64,000 nt of DNA from Trypanosoma brucei (taxonomy: Eukaryota). Positions 22,498 to 34,118 of this stretch are shown in pieces; position 1 is the first letter of the stretch, and each line of letters starts with the position of its first letter. A program made the translations under genes and the position numbers. The notes beneath the pieces are model-generated. The model was not told where the DNA came from, made no database searches, and worked only from the letters and a program-made list of their open reading frames with translations. The stretch spans positions 416,001 through 480,000 of the forward strand of contig CP000067.1 of NCBI GenBank assembly GCA_000002445.1. Reading direction: 5' to 3'.

Positions 22498-23547
22498 CTA
22501 TTCATCTACATCCTCCGGTCTAAAGAAGAAATTTGAATACAGCGGGCCTTCTTCGTGAAGGTCGCAGCAGTGAACGGCGTTGTGGGCCCTGTCCACCCCA
22601 AAACGGGCACGAATGGACGTCGGCCGCAGCTCCTTTGCGATGACGGGGTCAAAGGGCCCACACACCTCACGTGCCACGGAGACAACATCAACTCCTTCAT
22701 CCAAAGACACAAACTGCAAGACCCAAACAGTGCCCATCAGCGACCGCATCGTGTCTGGAAAGTCGGGTAGAACACCTTTGTAAGGCTTCAGCAGCTCGTT
22801 TGCTTGTTGAGAAGTCATGTTTGTGAGCGAAATGCCGCTGATTTCGAGACCAGCATCAATTAACTGCTGAACAATGACCCCACCAGCCAGTTTTTGTAAA
22901 GCGTGCGGCTTGATTATCACTACGGTGGAGTTGGGGTCACCGAGAATAGCAACTGGTTGCTCCTTCGCCTTTTCCACAATCTGCTCCCACCTACCGACTT
23001 CCTCCACACTCTCAGCTGCGCGGGCGCCCGGCATGCGGGCCATGAAATCGATGCCACGTTGAAGGGCGTTGGTATTGGCGCACTTAACGACAACGATGCG
23101 ACCCTCCACCAAATCCGGTGGTACACCATATGCTGCCGCTGTTTCCACTGGTAGCCACGCCATCTGCATCTCTAATGCAACAAAACCGCATTCCTCCGTG
23201 AGCACCGCCAGGCAACGCCCCAACTGAGGCAGTAGTTGTTCCCCGAACATCACAGCAGTGACTTCTCCCCTTTCGCCGCACAGTTCACGCGTCACCTCGT
23301 CAGCATAGGCGGTTAATTTGATGACACCACCAAGCAGCGAAAGGGAGGAACCAACTTTAAAGTCATCTCTATTCAAATGAGGGAAGTGGGCACGTTTGAG
23401 GTGAAGTCGGTTCTTCGTCACCTCTCTTATCTCTACGGTACGGTCCTCGAAGTAAAACTGAAGTACATAATGATTCATGCGATGCGCTATGTGATCATAC
23501 TGCTCGCAATAAAAGGAAAGACGTGGATCCTGCAGTGAACGCGCCAT
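22498..23547 (-). CDS. Nucleoside diphosphate kinase 7-like (DM10 domain + NDK domains), axonemal type
   Basis: N-terminal DM10 ("YVLQFYFEDRTVEIREV...HLKRAHFP"), then NDK folds ("VVIIKPHALQKLAGGVIVQQLIDAGLEISG", "NAVHCCDLHEEG"). Confidence 0.75.
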   Translation of the reverse strand: MARSLQDPRLSFYCEQYDHIAHRMNHYVLQFYFEDRTVEIREVTKNRLHLKRAHFPHLNRDDFKVGSSLSLLGGVIKLTAYADEVTRELCGERGEVTAVMFGEQLLPQLGRCLAVLTEECGFVALEMQMAWLPVETAAAYGVPPDLVEGRIVVVKCANTNALQRGIDFMARMPGARAAESVEEVGRWEQIVEKAKEQPVAILGDPNSTVVIIKPHALQKLAGGVIVQQLIDAGLEISGISLTNMTSQQANELLKPYKGVLPDFPDTMRSLMGTVWVLQFVSLDEGVDVVSVAREVCGPFDPVIAKELRPTSIRARFGVDRAHNAVHCCDLHEEGPLYSNFFFRPEDVDE

Positions 23548-24216
23548 TGCTATATGAACACAAAATCAATCAAAGGTTTATCTTGGTTTGCCTTTAGCCA
23601 CCTTTCGGATTCAATTCCTACTTCTCTTATTTTTTCACCTTGAAAGTGCGCAGTTGCAATAGACAATCAAAAAGAAAACAGGGGTGAACACCGCAGGCAA
23701 CTGCTTGGAAGACTGATACACAAACCTGTAGCTGCCAACAGCCGAAGAGAGTATGCGTTTCCCCCCCCCCCCCCATTTTCCCCCTTCCTTCACGGACATT
23801 TGCACTTTTTCGCCGAACAAAAGATATTTTCTTCACTGCCGAAAGAATCACGCCCCATCAACCATACAAATAACAATATATTACACCATAAAAACGAAGA
23901 GATGTAAGGGAAAAGAAGCCAAAGATTGCTTAATCCTTGACGTGAAAGGTAGTGCAAGAGGCTGTGACATAAACAACACGTGGTGATTCTCCAGCATCCA
24001 AGTGGATGACAACCACTCTCGTTGCTAGCAGGCCCGCAAATACCACCCAACGTGTGACAAAACACGCATTTCTACATGCCCCTTCACCCCATAATCTAAA
24101 GGGTTCAATCTACAGAAATCCAACAAAACTATGAATACTGAAAGAATCTGACGGTAGTGCCGGTCAAATATTTACTCATCCCGCACTTCGCCCTTGTCTT
24201 TTGGGCGCGGTTGCAG

Positions 24217-24696
24217 CTACTTGGTGACCTTCTTGAGCATTTTCCGAAGTCGCTCCATTTCAATAATCTCTCTGCGGTGTTCAGCTTCCTTTTTCTCGAC
24301 CTGTCTAAACACCTCCTGAAGCTCGTTGTGGCGCTCCCGCTGCTTCTCCTTCTCGAGTTTGTCCTCACGCATGTATTCACTAACTGCTGCACTTATTTTG
24401 CTGGATATAATCCTCTTTTCCCCTTGCACGCGCTCCGTTGCCTCGCGCAGCTGCTCGAACCGCATTTCCTCCACCTCTGTCTCCCGGCGGCACTTGTCTA
24501 CGGCCGCGCGGGTTTCAACCTCGCGCTGGCGGAACATCTCCAACCGAGAGATCAGCAACTCTACAAAACGTGCAGGTAACGCCGCTATTTCAGCCTCTGT
24601 GAAGGGAATACCGCTGTCCATCAGTTGCCTTCTAAGCTGAACAGAGGCCAAATCAATGCACTCGCTGTGGCGGGCTCGGAGGCACTCGGTGTCCAT
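24217..24696 (-). CDS. Hypothetical coiled-coil protein
   Basis: 159-aa ORF, charged heptad-like (E/R/K-rich), same strand and spacing as the neighbours. No family recognised. Confidence 0.4.
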   Translation of the reverse strand: MDTECLRARHSECIDLASVQLRRQLMDSGIPFTEAEIAALPARFVELLISRLEMFRQREVETRAAVDKCRRETEVEEMRFEQLREATERVQGEKRIISSKISAAVSEYMREDKLEKEKQRERHNELQEVFRQVEKKEAEHRREIIEMERLRKMLKKVTK

Positions 24697-25719
24697 TGTA
24701 TATCTTTCCCCCCTACGCGGTTGTAAAGGCTTTTCCCGCTTCCTACTTTACTTGAATAATGATCGAACGCCCAAGAGCTGAACTGTGGTGACAGCGCTCG
24801 CCACGAAATATCAGCGACGACCAGACGGGGAAAAACGAGAATAGTGCAAAAGCATTCATTATTTAGTTTGAAGGGATCGGGATCATCACACTTGACGAAA
24901 AGAACAAAGAACACTTGGGAGGGGGTTCGAGAAATGTCGTTGCGCTACTCTAAGCTATCCTCTTATTATGGCATTGGGGTGATGGTTTCCGGGAGCACTG
25001 TCAAAAGCACACACACATCTATTCCTTCCCTCCAAAGACCTCAGATGATGTGATCCAACGCACTACAGACACAATCCCCAGGATGGTTTCACGGTGCACA
25101 AAGTTAATCGAAGGACCCAAGCGCACGGACCAATGCATCACTTCTGGGTAGGTTCGCGAACGACAGAAAAAAGTGGTTCTGCCGCTCGACCAATAGCATT
25201 TCATCCTGTTATCGATGAGGTCTGAACTAACCTGCCTTTGGTTACGGTGAACTAAACTAAAAAAAAAAAAACAGCAACGCGGCATACCAATCCTTGATAT
25301 TGGGCACTTCTAACCCAAAGACTCTAAACAACAACAACAGCAACCAGCACCAGATCAAACAAACTTTTTGCTGCCTCTTTACCCTCGCGCGGCACCCAAG
25401 CGTTGCATCCGGCTGTCGCTTACCTACCGGAATGAGACCTCAACGAAGGAAAAAAAAACGAAGGACAAAAAACCGATGAGAAGAAGACACTTGATAGACC
25501 TACGGAGACGCACACGGGAAAACACAGATAAGTTTTGATGATAACACCACGTTAGTACCACCTGCGGCGATGTGCTTGCCATCAGGGCACCGCCTTTTGA
25601 TTTACATCATATCTAGACAGTCTAAATAATACATACCATCCTCTGATATATGTGCAAAGTAGTCACAGTGGCTCTTTACACCCGTGCCGACATGAGGGTT
25701 GCACAAAATCCACCGTTGA

Positions 25720-26988
25720 TTAGGAGAAGTCCCATCGTTTCTTTAACATTGTCTCAAAGTCGTTGTCTAATTCGAACATAGCACTTAGGGGAGTATGCCA
25801 CTCGACAATTTCCTCGAAGGTGAAACGTCGGTACAGCGCCTGCCGAACATCCCAGGCGGTAAGAAACGCATCCTGCTCCTCACCATCCTCCGCACTGAAC
25901 CGTTTGTGCAACTCGATGACATCAGCGGTCCCGCACGTGTCCTTCGGGAATAGTTCCCAAAGTCGCTCAAGCATCATCAATCGGGCTGGTGGGAGGGGTG
26001 GAAGCAAGAGATTCATGTAGAGAAGATAATCCACTGACCCATCGCCTGCGGTGTCCAGAACGGTGAGGGCACTCTCAGGATCCTTTAAGTATAGCCGGTG
26101 TCCGCGCAAAACTTCTAGGAAGGTTTCACGCGAAAGAAAGAAGTTTCGCTGCACGTCCTGCCGGCGTAGCGCAATAGACAGTTGACGGACCGCCAACGGG
26201 GATTGGATCACAACCGGTCGATGACTGCTGAGGATTATATCATCCACCACTGCGACGGTAGTTCTCACATCGGTAACGGCACCCTTCTCTGCTGCAGTCT
26301 GGTAGGAACTGAAGGTCATGTTGCAGGGGTTTTGTTCTCTGTGAGTTCTCATGGTCTCTTCATCCAGTGGGGTTCGGACGCTAGCGGGCCACACACCGCG
26401 CATCAACGTTAGAAACTCAAGGTCATTGGCGCACAACGCAGCGACCCCGGAACAGTACTGTTCGAATTCTTGCCGCGTGATGGCACCATCTGGATTTGTT
26501 GTTGTGCTGAAGGCAGCTTCAAACTCTGAGCGGACTCCCTGCTCCGACCGAATGTTCTGAACGACATCGGGGTGTCCGGCGGCGTTATATGAGCTGAGAA
26601 CCTCATCAATGTACACGGACCCGTCCTTACTTTGAGTAAAGGTGTACCATACACGTGTAATCCACGTCAGTTTCAGTGGTGTGAGGTTACGTCGAAGGGC
26701 CGCAATAAAGTCAGTCGGATCGAGAACACCATCACCACTTCTATCCAGCACATGAACAATTGCTTCAATGTCTTCGCTGTCCAACGATACGCCGCTTTCC
26801 TCAAGCGCCTCAACAAATTTTGCCTTTTCCATTGATTGACCCCCGCTATCCACTGCTATGCCGCAACCGCGGCTCAACTTCCGTATACCATTCGCTCCAG
26901 ACGCCCCATTACACAGCAGACGGCGGGTTCTCTGCACTATGGACTTAAAGCGAGTGTGTTTGGCTCTTGAGGCATACAACAACGGCAT
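25720..26988 (-). CDS. Calcyphosin-like EF-hand calcium-binding protein (duplicated calcyphosin-type module)
   Basis: EF loops "DRSGDGVLDPTDF" and "DTAGDGSVDYLLY". "HPDVVQNIRSEQ...EFEQYCSGVAA...EFLTLMRGVW" matches the calcyphosin C-terminal pattern. Confidence 0.65.
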   Translation of the reverse strand: MPLLYASRAKHTRFKSIVQRTRRLLCNGASGANGIRKLSRGCGIAVDSGGQSMEKAKFVEALEESGVSLDSEDIEAIVHVLDRSGDGVLDPTDFIAALRRNLTPLKLTWITRVWYTFTQSKDGSVYIDEVLSSYNAAGHPDVVQNIRSEQGVRSEFEAAFSTTTNPDGAITRQEFEQYCSGVAALCANDLEFLTLMRGVWPASVRTPLDEETMRTHREQNPCNMTFSSYQTAAEKGAVTDVRTTVAVVDDIILSSHRPVVIQSPLAVRQLSIALRRQDVQRNFFLSRETFLEVLRGHRLYLKDPESALTVLDTAGDGSVDYLLYMNLLLPPLPPARLMMLERLWELFPKDTCGTADVIELHKRFSAEDGEEQDAFLTAWDVRQALYRRFTFEEIVEWHTPLSAMFELDNDFETMLKKRWDFS

Positions 26989-27537
26989 TTGAGGCTCTCC
27001 ACTTCTCTAACTTTGGCTTATTTATCCCCCGTTGGCCCGTATCCTTTTTGCTTTAAAAAAATATGTTGAAGAGAATCCAACCAGCACCCAATATGTGAAC
27101 CACTACTGCCTCACCTTCACCCTAACCCTAACCTTTTTTAGTTTTTTTGTCCCTTACACTCGTGACGGTAATGTTCCCTCCTTCCCTGCCGCTGCAAGCG
27201 GTGGCGTCCAGATGTTTAATCAGCGTTCCAGGCACCTAGATTGAGAAGTGAGAAAAAAAATAAGAAGCATAAAATGTATCGGCATGAAATGATTTGGCGT
27301 ACTTTTAAATCATACGCACTCCACATAGCGAATTGTTATGGAGGTGGGGAGTGGAGTGGGGCAAATGCAGCAAGTAAAAGGAGTCATCTTTCGTAGTAAC
27401 TAAGATAAAGATACACAGTGAAGACATGTATAACAACTAGTGAAGGGAGGATCTTCACGATATACATGACTACAGTTCGCGGCGCCGCCTGCCAAACACC
27501 ACCGCGCGAAGGCATGAAAAGAATTAGTTCACATAAA

Positions 27538-28353
27538 TCACCGCGATCCACTCGCCGACATTTCGCGGGAAGTGACAGTCGCATTCAGTTCAGGTTCTTT
27601 AGGAGCACGCAGCGGGATCGTGGGGTCGAGCGGCCACCACTCGTCGATGTTGCTCATCTTGAAGGTATGTGGTACTTTGAAGCCTCCTACATGTGGTAGT
27701 GCAGAGATCTTAGATGGCGCGCGTTTGCTCCGTTTCTTCTCCCTAATTAATTCATTCAACATCTGCACGCGCCTAGGAGGGTTCACATACTCATTTCCAT
27801 GAACAGTTGGAAAACTTACAGGTGTCCCAGCAAACTTTGACGCGATCCCTCTAAATGTGTGCCTAGGAATCGTGCCTGTAAGTGTTGAGGGAACCCACTC
27901 CCACTGCGGAACTTTTTGCTCCACTGACTCTTGTTGGAAAACACGTTCGAGAAAACTTCTGTTTGAAAGCGGCGTGCAGCTCCGCGCGGCGGTCGAAGCG
28001 TGAGAAGCGACTTTTGTTGTTTCAGGATGCCACTTGGCTACCACCGTGCTCCGTGGTTTTTCCACGATGCTGTCCAAGAAACCGGCCTCACACATCATCT
28101 GCTCATCAGTTTTGTAATACTCCAATGTGTGCATCAAAGGACGCTGAGGAAAGGGATGGGCCTCATCAGCTACTGATGCATTCCAACGCGGTCGCAGAGG
28201 TGGAAGAGGCGCACGCCGGAATCGCTCCACCTCACGGCGACGGAGGCGGTGCTTATCATTCTTCGGCAACGGTTCATACACCACTTCATTCCGAGTGTAG
28301 GATGCACCGCCAAGGACAGTAGAGGCTTGCCCTGACCCGCGGAACATATTCAC
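27538..28353 (-). CDS. Hypothetical protein (271 aa, basic/Pro-rich, no recognised domain)
   Basis: ORF of normal complexity on the transcribed strand, correctly spaced between its neighbours. No motifs recognised. Confidence 0.4.
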   Translation of the reverse strand: MNMFRGSGQASTVLGGASYTRNEVVYEPLPKNDKHRLRRREVERFRRAPLPPLRPRWNASVADEAHPFPQRPLMHTLEYYKTDEQMMCEAGFLDSIVEKPRSTVVAKWHPETTKVASHASTAARSCTPLSNRSFLERVFQQESVEQKVPQWEWVPSTLTGTIPRHTFRGIASKFAGTPVSFPTVHGNEYVNPPRRVQMLNELIREKKRSKRAPSKISALPHVGGFKVPHTFKMSNIDEWWPLDPTIPLRAPKEPELNATVTSREMSASGSR

Positions 28354-29152
28354 TCAATATTGCTCTTTTTCCCCTTTTATTTACAGTGCCTATGAATTAA
28401 AAAAAAGAAAGTGGGAACGCCGCTCCAACAAAACTAACAATACCATGTATCACAACGCAGTTTGGGATGAATAAGACCGCTACTGCGCCCCCACAAGACA
28501 ACTCACGCAGTTCGATTCATGACATTCACTTCACCCAAATGGTATTGCACCGCGCATTTGGGTAATGTTCGGCTTTCAAGGGAAAGTGAGGGGTATATAT
28601 ATATAAATATATTCAGAAAAGGAAAAATACGAAGACCGACGCCAACAGGACAACATTCAGAAAGACTATAAATGCTGACAGTGGAGCAAAAAGGAGACCG
28701 CACCTCTCAGCCGCCTTCTTTTCTACCGATCTTCCTTCAGGCGAACATAACGCGCATTATCTGGTACCGTAAATGTAGAAGTGCGTGACAACAAAAGACA
28801 ACATCAACGAAAAAATCGCCAGCCTGTTCAACCGGGGGGAGGGGGGGGGGAGATGAGCAAATAACACAAGTATAACCACAATCCCTCTTTCATAATTTCC
28901 TCAGTCGTGATTCCGATTTCCTGCACGCATATGCACAAGGCACAAACCTTCATCACCCCGCTACGCCGCACTGCTCCCTTTCCTTTCCCTCGGTTCATCC
29001 CTGCACAAAATCATATTACCGCTACTGTGCCGCTGCAGATTGCATCAGAGCTCACAATATAATATCGAGTATCACATTCGGAACATACGAACGCGACTCC
29101 CATCCCTTCCCGTCACTATCAAACACACACCAAACCAATGCACTTAATGCAA

Positions 29153-29626
29153 TCACTCACGAGAGAAAATGTTACGTCCCGCATTCCGTAGTGTAAAGAG
29201 TGACTTGATAGCAGTTTCTCGCACACGCGCTCCCACAACACGCTCCACACACTTTCCATCCAAAAAGATAAGCACCGTGGGAAAAGTGAGGACACCATAC
29301 TCATTCACCATTTTCTTCGCTCGCGGCCCCGGCACCAGTGCGAGCTTCACCTCATTTGGATTCCCCAAATTCACAGCATTGATGGAAGAGATGAAACTAC
29401 GCGTTAAGGGATCCTCCGCTATGGACGTCTCCGCACCATCGCCTACCCGCCTGTGGAGGCTGCCTGTGTGAAGTATCGCAACTACACAACGTGTTTTGTG
29501 ATGATCGAGGAAATCTGTGAAAACCTTTTCATTTGGCAACTCCGCTATTTCATATCCGCTAGCGGGAGGTCGCGATATTTTTGCAATCTTCGTGATGAAC
29601 AGAAATGGCCGTGTCAACCGCAACAT
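29153..29626 (-). CDS. Thioredoxin-fold protein without CxxC (possible mitochondrial; L51/S25/CI-B8-like?)
   Basis: "VLTFPTVLIFLDGKCVERVVGA" is a thioredoxin-fold beta-alpha pattern. There is no redox CxxC. The N-terminus is basic and amphipathic. Confidence 0.45.
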   Translation of the reverse strand: MLRLTRPFLFITKIAKISRPPASGYEIAELPNEKVFTDFLDHHKTRCVVAILHTGSLHRRVGDGAETSIAEDPLTRSFISSINAVNLGNPNEVKLALVPGPRAKKMVNEYGVLTFPTVLIFLDGKCVERVVGARVRETAIKSLFTLRNAGRNIFSRE

Positions 29627-30115
29627 TTTCCCAGCGCCCCCCTCTTCTCCACAGGATGGATAAAAGGGCTGGCAGACGAGCTACAAATGAAGTAGTAGGT
29701 AGTGGAGAAGGGTAAGAATGTGCAAGAAAGGGTGTGTCTCTTTTTTTTTTTTAAGGGGGAGGGAAAACTCGCCAAAAGAAGAAGTTAACCCTCAGAAGGT
29801 AGCCCACAAGTAGCCGATGGCGCTGCAACTTCGCGGTTATGCGCTTAGAGTGAGGACCGAAATGTTCATAGTGATGGTGAGGATGCAGTGCTGAAAGGAG
29901 CACATACGTGTCTGTGGAGACACGTACCGCGCGCACAAATGAGTACGGGTAATGCCCAAAATGGAAGATGCAAAAATACTCCTTGGACTCCGTGCCCACA
30001 ACGAAGGTACTTCCATCCCTTCAGTATGGTTTCACCGGATTCCAAACCCATCTCACGCATCCCCCCCCCTACGTAATGCTCGCACCGTTTAGCTTCACTT
30101 GATCCTTCCTTTTCT

Positions 30116-30352
30116 TTAGGTCTTCCATCCGGCATTCTTCTCGTACTCGGCGCGAAGCCGCTTTTCCTCCTCAGGGGACGGCTGCGGGTACATAATCATT
30201 ACCCATCCTACCACCAGCGGTACCAACACAAGCTGAATTTTCAACATCTTAATTAGCTCTCCCTTGGCCTTGTCCTTTAAGCTCTTGTTCTCCATCCCGG
30301 GTTTATGGCCCTCAAACCCGCCCGTCAGCATCCGTCTGGAAACCCGAAACAT
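30116..30352 (-). CDS. Small single-pass membrane protein (78 aa), possibly a respiratory-complex accessory subunit-like protein
   Basis: One TM helix ("LVLVPLVVGWVMIMY") followed by a charged tail ("EEEKRLRAEYEKNAGWK"). Purine-rich plus-strand tract lies upstream. The ORF is short, so confidence is limited. Confidence 0.35.
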   Translation of the reverse strand: MFRVSRRMLTGGFEGHKPGMENKSLKDKAKGELIKMLKIQLVLVPLVVGWVMIMYPQPSPEEEKRLRAEYEKNAGWKT

Positions 30353-31057
30353 TTTCGCTCAGGCGCAGCTCGGACGCGCACAGTCAAACCTTCCTTTATT
30401 TAAGGGGTATTGAGTACACGTGCGAAGGTATACACGAAAAAGGTAGAGATATCTCTGCCTCTCAACGCAGACTTTACCTTTTTTTCTTTCGGTGGGCTTA
30501 TGAGCTCTCCTTCTTCTGTTCGCCTCCCTTACTGAAGATAAATTAAAGGTAAAAACAGAAAAAAAAACAGAAGAAAATGAAGGAACTAAGGGGTACCCCA
30601 CACACCACTCGGAAGGAATACCAACCACTACGAAACGCGACCGTAGAAAGGAGTTATACCAATGCGAGGAAACCTCTCAGAAGCTGTCTCAATAACTGAC
30701 CGGCAATGCATCAGGCACGCAAATAAGCATCTGTTAAGAGAATACAGAAAGGTAGCAATAATACTGTGCCAAAAGGGAAGAAGGAGAGGAAAATAAAGAG
30801 GGGAGGGGGAGAAAAAGTGGGAATCAAGTGCAGACACCGGTCGAAGTGGGACCCCTGTTGGATCATTTCTCCATAAAATATTAAAACACGCACACGCCAT
30901 ACAGAAGCAGAGCTTTCCACAACTGTATTAAAATAAACAAATATGGACATGAATACACACATATGGATATATGATGTTCTCTATGCACCAGTTTGTCGAC
31001 CCTAACATGCCGCTCCCGCTACCACACGGCGTCACACCGCTCATCGTTTCTCCCAGC

Positions 31058-32206
31058 TTACAATACAATTGGTCTGAAGACCCGGAATATGCACGAGGTC
31101 CTCTCGAGGTGCTGATCGCTCCCTTGCACATCTTGGTTGAACAAAAGGCGGCGAAGCGTCCTGAATGTCAACATGTTTACCACATTGGCCCGCATATTGC
31201 GAAGCGGCTCGCGGTCAACACGTAGCAGGGAACGCATAATACAAGCCATGCACGCAAGGCATAGTTCAAAGTATATGAAAAAACAAACCACAAGGCGCAC
31301 AAACAGCAGAAGAGGTCGACCCGCCCAATGGTGAAAGATCCCGATTCGTTTCATATCTTTGAAGGTACCACTCACATCTGGTTTTAGCAGCGGTTCGCCC
31401 ACCTCCTTTGAGACGTGCCCACAAGCCATTAGTCCTTTAAGCATGTCATTATATCCCAATGTAAAGAGATCGCGGTGAGTTGCCTCAGCTGGAGGGCAAA
31501 GTCCCCACCACACAGGGACAAAAACGGTAGGGTGTATGGTTGCTGAACTGTAGTAAAAGGGTGACACGGTGATGGTGCTGGGCTCGCCCATGCGGGGCGT
31601 TACTGTTGTGAGGGCGCCGTCACACACCCACTCGCCGGTACTCCTCAGTTTGAACGGCATGCCCACTAGTGGCGCCAAGCAGCAAGATGCGAGCATGCTT
31701 TCCACGATCTCATCGTAGTTTTTAAAGGTAGTTATCACCTTCCCTTTTATATAGGGGAGTTTAGTGACATAAATCTCTAGCGACCCATCGTTCAACTTTC
31801 CATTTAGCTCGGGATTATTTTCCAGATCCCTCATGTGTTTTCCAAACATATCCAACGAATCCTTCAGATAATTGATCATACAAAAAAGGTATATCCATGA
31901 AGACCTGTAGTGCTCGCCGTACATGATGACCCGCTCTCGGACCTTTTCAAAGCAATGCATCTTTGACACGAGCATCGTTGCCGCTAGCGATCCGGCACTG
32001 CATCCACAGAACCTAACACGTTTCCCCTCTGCAGCCAGCTTCTCCAGCAACCCGCTGTCGACAATTGCCTGAGCTCCGCCAAAATGATACATCTGAAGCC
32101 ATCCACCGGCAGAGAAACTTAACGTCAGGTCAACTGACGGACTTTCCACAAGTTCGTCTTCGGTTTTGCGGTACCTCAGAAGCTGAGTCAGCTTATGCAT
32201 CACCAA
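31058..32206 (-). CDS. Patatin-like phospholipase domain protein
   Basis: GxSxG lipase nucleophile "GCSAGSLAA", a Gly-rich oxyanion region ("FSAGGW..HFGGAQA") and a downstream Asp-containing region ("CDGAL"). Confidence 0.6.
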   Translation of the reverse strand: MVMHKLTQLLRYRKTEDELVESPSVDLTLSFSAGGWLQMYHFGGAQAIVDSGLLEKLAAEGKRVRFCGCSAGSLAATMLVSKMHCFEKVRERVIMYGEHYRSSWIYLFCMINYLKDSLDMFGKHMRDLENNPELNGKLNDGSLEIYVTKLPYIKGKVITTFKNYDEIVESMLASCCLAPLVGMPFKLRSTGEWVCDGALTTVTPRMGEPSTITVSPFYYSSATIHPTVFVPVWWGLCPPAEATHRDLFTLGYNDMLKGLMACGHVSKEVGEPLLKPDVSGTFKDMKRIGIFHHWAGRPLLLFVRLVVCFFIYFELCLACMACIMRSLLRVDREPLRNMRANVVNMLTFRTLRRLLFNQDVQGSDQHLERTSCIFRVFRPIVL

Positions 32207-32464
32207 AGACTTAAGATATATGAGAAAAAATTATTGAAAGCGAAATCAAATATTGCAATGACAAGCGAAAGGAAGAGGCTTAAAACGGGAAACAGTACAC
32301 AACGTCGCTACAACCTGTACAGAGGAAAATAACTATCCGACAAATTTTCAGAAGAAAAATAAAATAAAAATTAAAACATTATGTGGAACAAATTATCAGC
32401 ACACAGTGACCATACGAAGGCACACTCGCTGTAAAATCGGGCGAAAAACCAACAGGTGAGCTGC

Positions 32465-33754
32465 TTACTTCTTCGATTTCCTCGGGGCTGCGGTTGTGGT
32501 GGCGCCACCTTTCGCCTTGCGCTCCGCGGCACGGGCAGCACGTTCCTTTCGGAGGCGCTCCTCGCGGCGGATGCGATCCTTCTTGAGTGGACCATACCAC
32601 TGGCTCTTTTCCTTCTTCGTCTGGAATCGACCATGACCGATTTTACTGCTTGTGTCGATAAACTTCAGCGTAATCTTCTCCGTGAGTTTGCGCGATGTTT
32701 GCGGGGCCATGGGGCGACGGAGTGTGATGACACGGCGACGAGGACCGGCAACAGAACCCTTCAGCATCACGTAGTCGTTGCGGACAGTACCGTAGCCAAC
32801 AAAACCACCCATCGGAGTGATGGTCTTAGCGGTAAGATCATAAGCAGTTGTGGCTTGGTTGGGTTCCATGGAAACTGCACGACCGAGCTGGTAAATCTTC
32901 TTGTTGAGGTGTGTACGGTGGTGGTAACCATGCTGACCAGCACGAGCAACGGTGTACATGACACGAGACGGATGCCATGCGCCAATGCACGCAACCTTAC
33001 GTAGACCACGGTGAGTTTTACGTGGTAGGCACGCAACACCCCAACGTTTCACGACACCAGTGAAACCATGGCCCTTAGTCACAGCGCACACGTCACATGC
33101 CTCCGACTGTTGGAACACAGAGTCGATGCGAACTTCCTTCTCAAGTAGCGATTTGGCGAGTTCAATCTTCTGCGCAATGGTGCCGCCGTTAATTTGGATC
33201 TCGCTTACGTGAGCCTTCTTCACACCAACGCGGTTGTTGCGCAGCTTGCGGAGTTGCGTGTGTGCCACCACACGGATGATGTCAGCCTTCTTTTCGAATG
33301 CCTTCAACGTCCGTGCTTCAGCGAGACGTCCCTCTGTTGTGCGAGCGAACTGCTTGCGCTTCGTGAAGGCGAGCTGTGCGGACTGTTTCCAGTTCTTGTA
33401 GAAGCGCCGGCGGAATTCCACGCTGGTGTGGTGTGCCCACACGGTGCCAATCGTCTTGTGGCCCACAGGTGTCTGCCGATAGCCAACAATTCCGACAACA
33501 ACCATCGGCGGTGCCTCAAGAATTGTCACTGGTTCCACAACCTCTTTCTTGTTCACCTTTGACCCCGGACGGTCGACATCACGCACAATATGCGTCATAC
33601 CAGCCTTGTACACCATGAAACTGGTGAGATGAGGTTTCTGTGAGGGATCATCCTTGGGGAAAGAACGTGCTCGGCCACGAATCTGACGGCTGCGTTTGCG
33701 GGGAAGGAACCCAAGATGGCCGTGACGGGGGTGCTCGAACTTGCAGTGAGACAT
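32465..33754 (-). CDS. RPL3: 60S ribosomal protein L3 (tandem copy 1)
   Basis: Starts with canonical L3 "[21 protein letters not shown]", ATG at 33754; the 480-aa ORF-track version extends upstream into UTR-derived sequence. 429 aa, K/R-rich C-terminal tail. Confidence 0.9.
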   Translation of the reverse strand: MSHCKFEHPRHGHLGFLPRKRSRQIRGRARSFPKDDPSQKPHLTSFMVYKAGMTHIVRDVDRPGSKVNKKEVVEPVTILEAPPMVVVGIVGYRQTPVGHKTIGTVWAHHTSVEFRRRFYKNWKQSAQLAFTKRKQFARTTEGRLAEARTLKAFEKKADIIRVVAHTQLRKLRNNRVGVKKAHVSEIQINGGTIAQKIELAKSLLEKEVRIDSVFQQSEACDVCAVTKGHGFTGVVKRWGVACLPRKTHRGLRKVACIGAWHPSRVMYTVARAGQHGYHHRTHLNKKIYQLGRAVSMEPNQATTAYDLTAKTITPMGGFVGYGTVRNDYVMLKGSVAGPRRRVITLRRPMAPQTSRKLTEKITLKFIDTSSKIGHGRFQTKKEKSQWYGPLKKDRIRREERLRKERAARAAERKAKGGATTTAAPRKSKK

Positions 33755-34118
33755 GTTGGTGTGCTCGCTTGTTCCTAGTGCAATTCGCGCAATTATATGT
33801 GACAACAAAGTAAAAGTGATAATTACAGATAAAGAAAAGAGAGAAAGAAAAGGGGAAAAGGTAACCGTGCGGTTAATGAGCCTAAATAAATTAAGCAATG
33901 TCAGCATTAAAGATTTGGCGACCTACTACAAGGAAGTAGCCAACACACTACAACCTGTACAGAGGAAAATAACTACCCGACAAATTTTCAGAAGAAAAAT
34001 AAAATAAAAATTAAAAAACAAAAATTAAAACATTATGTGGAACAAATTATCAGCACACAGTGACCATACGAAGGCACACTCGCTGTAAAATCGGGCGAAA
34101 AACCAACAGGTGAGCTGC

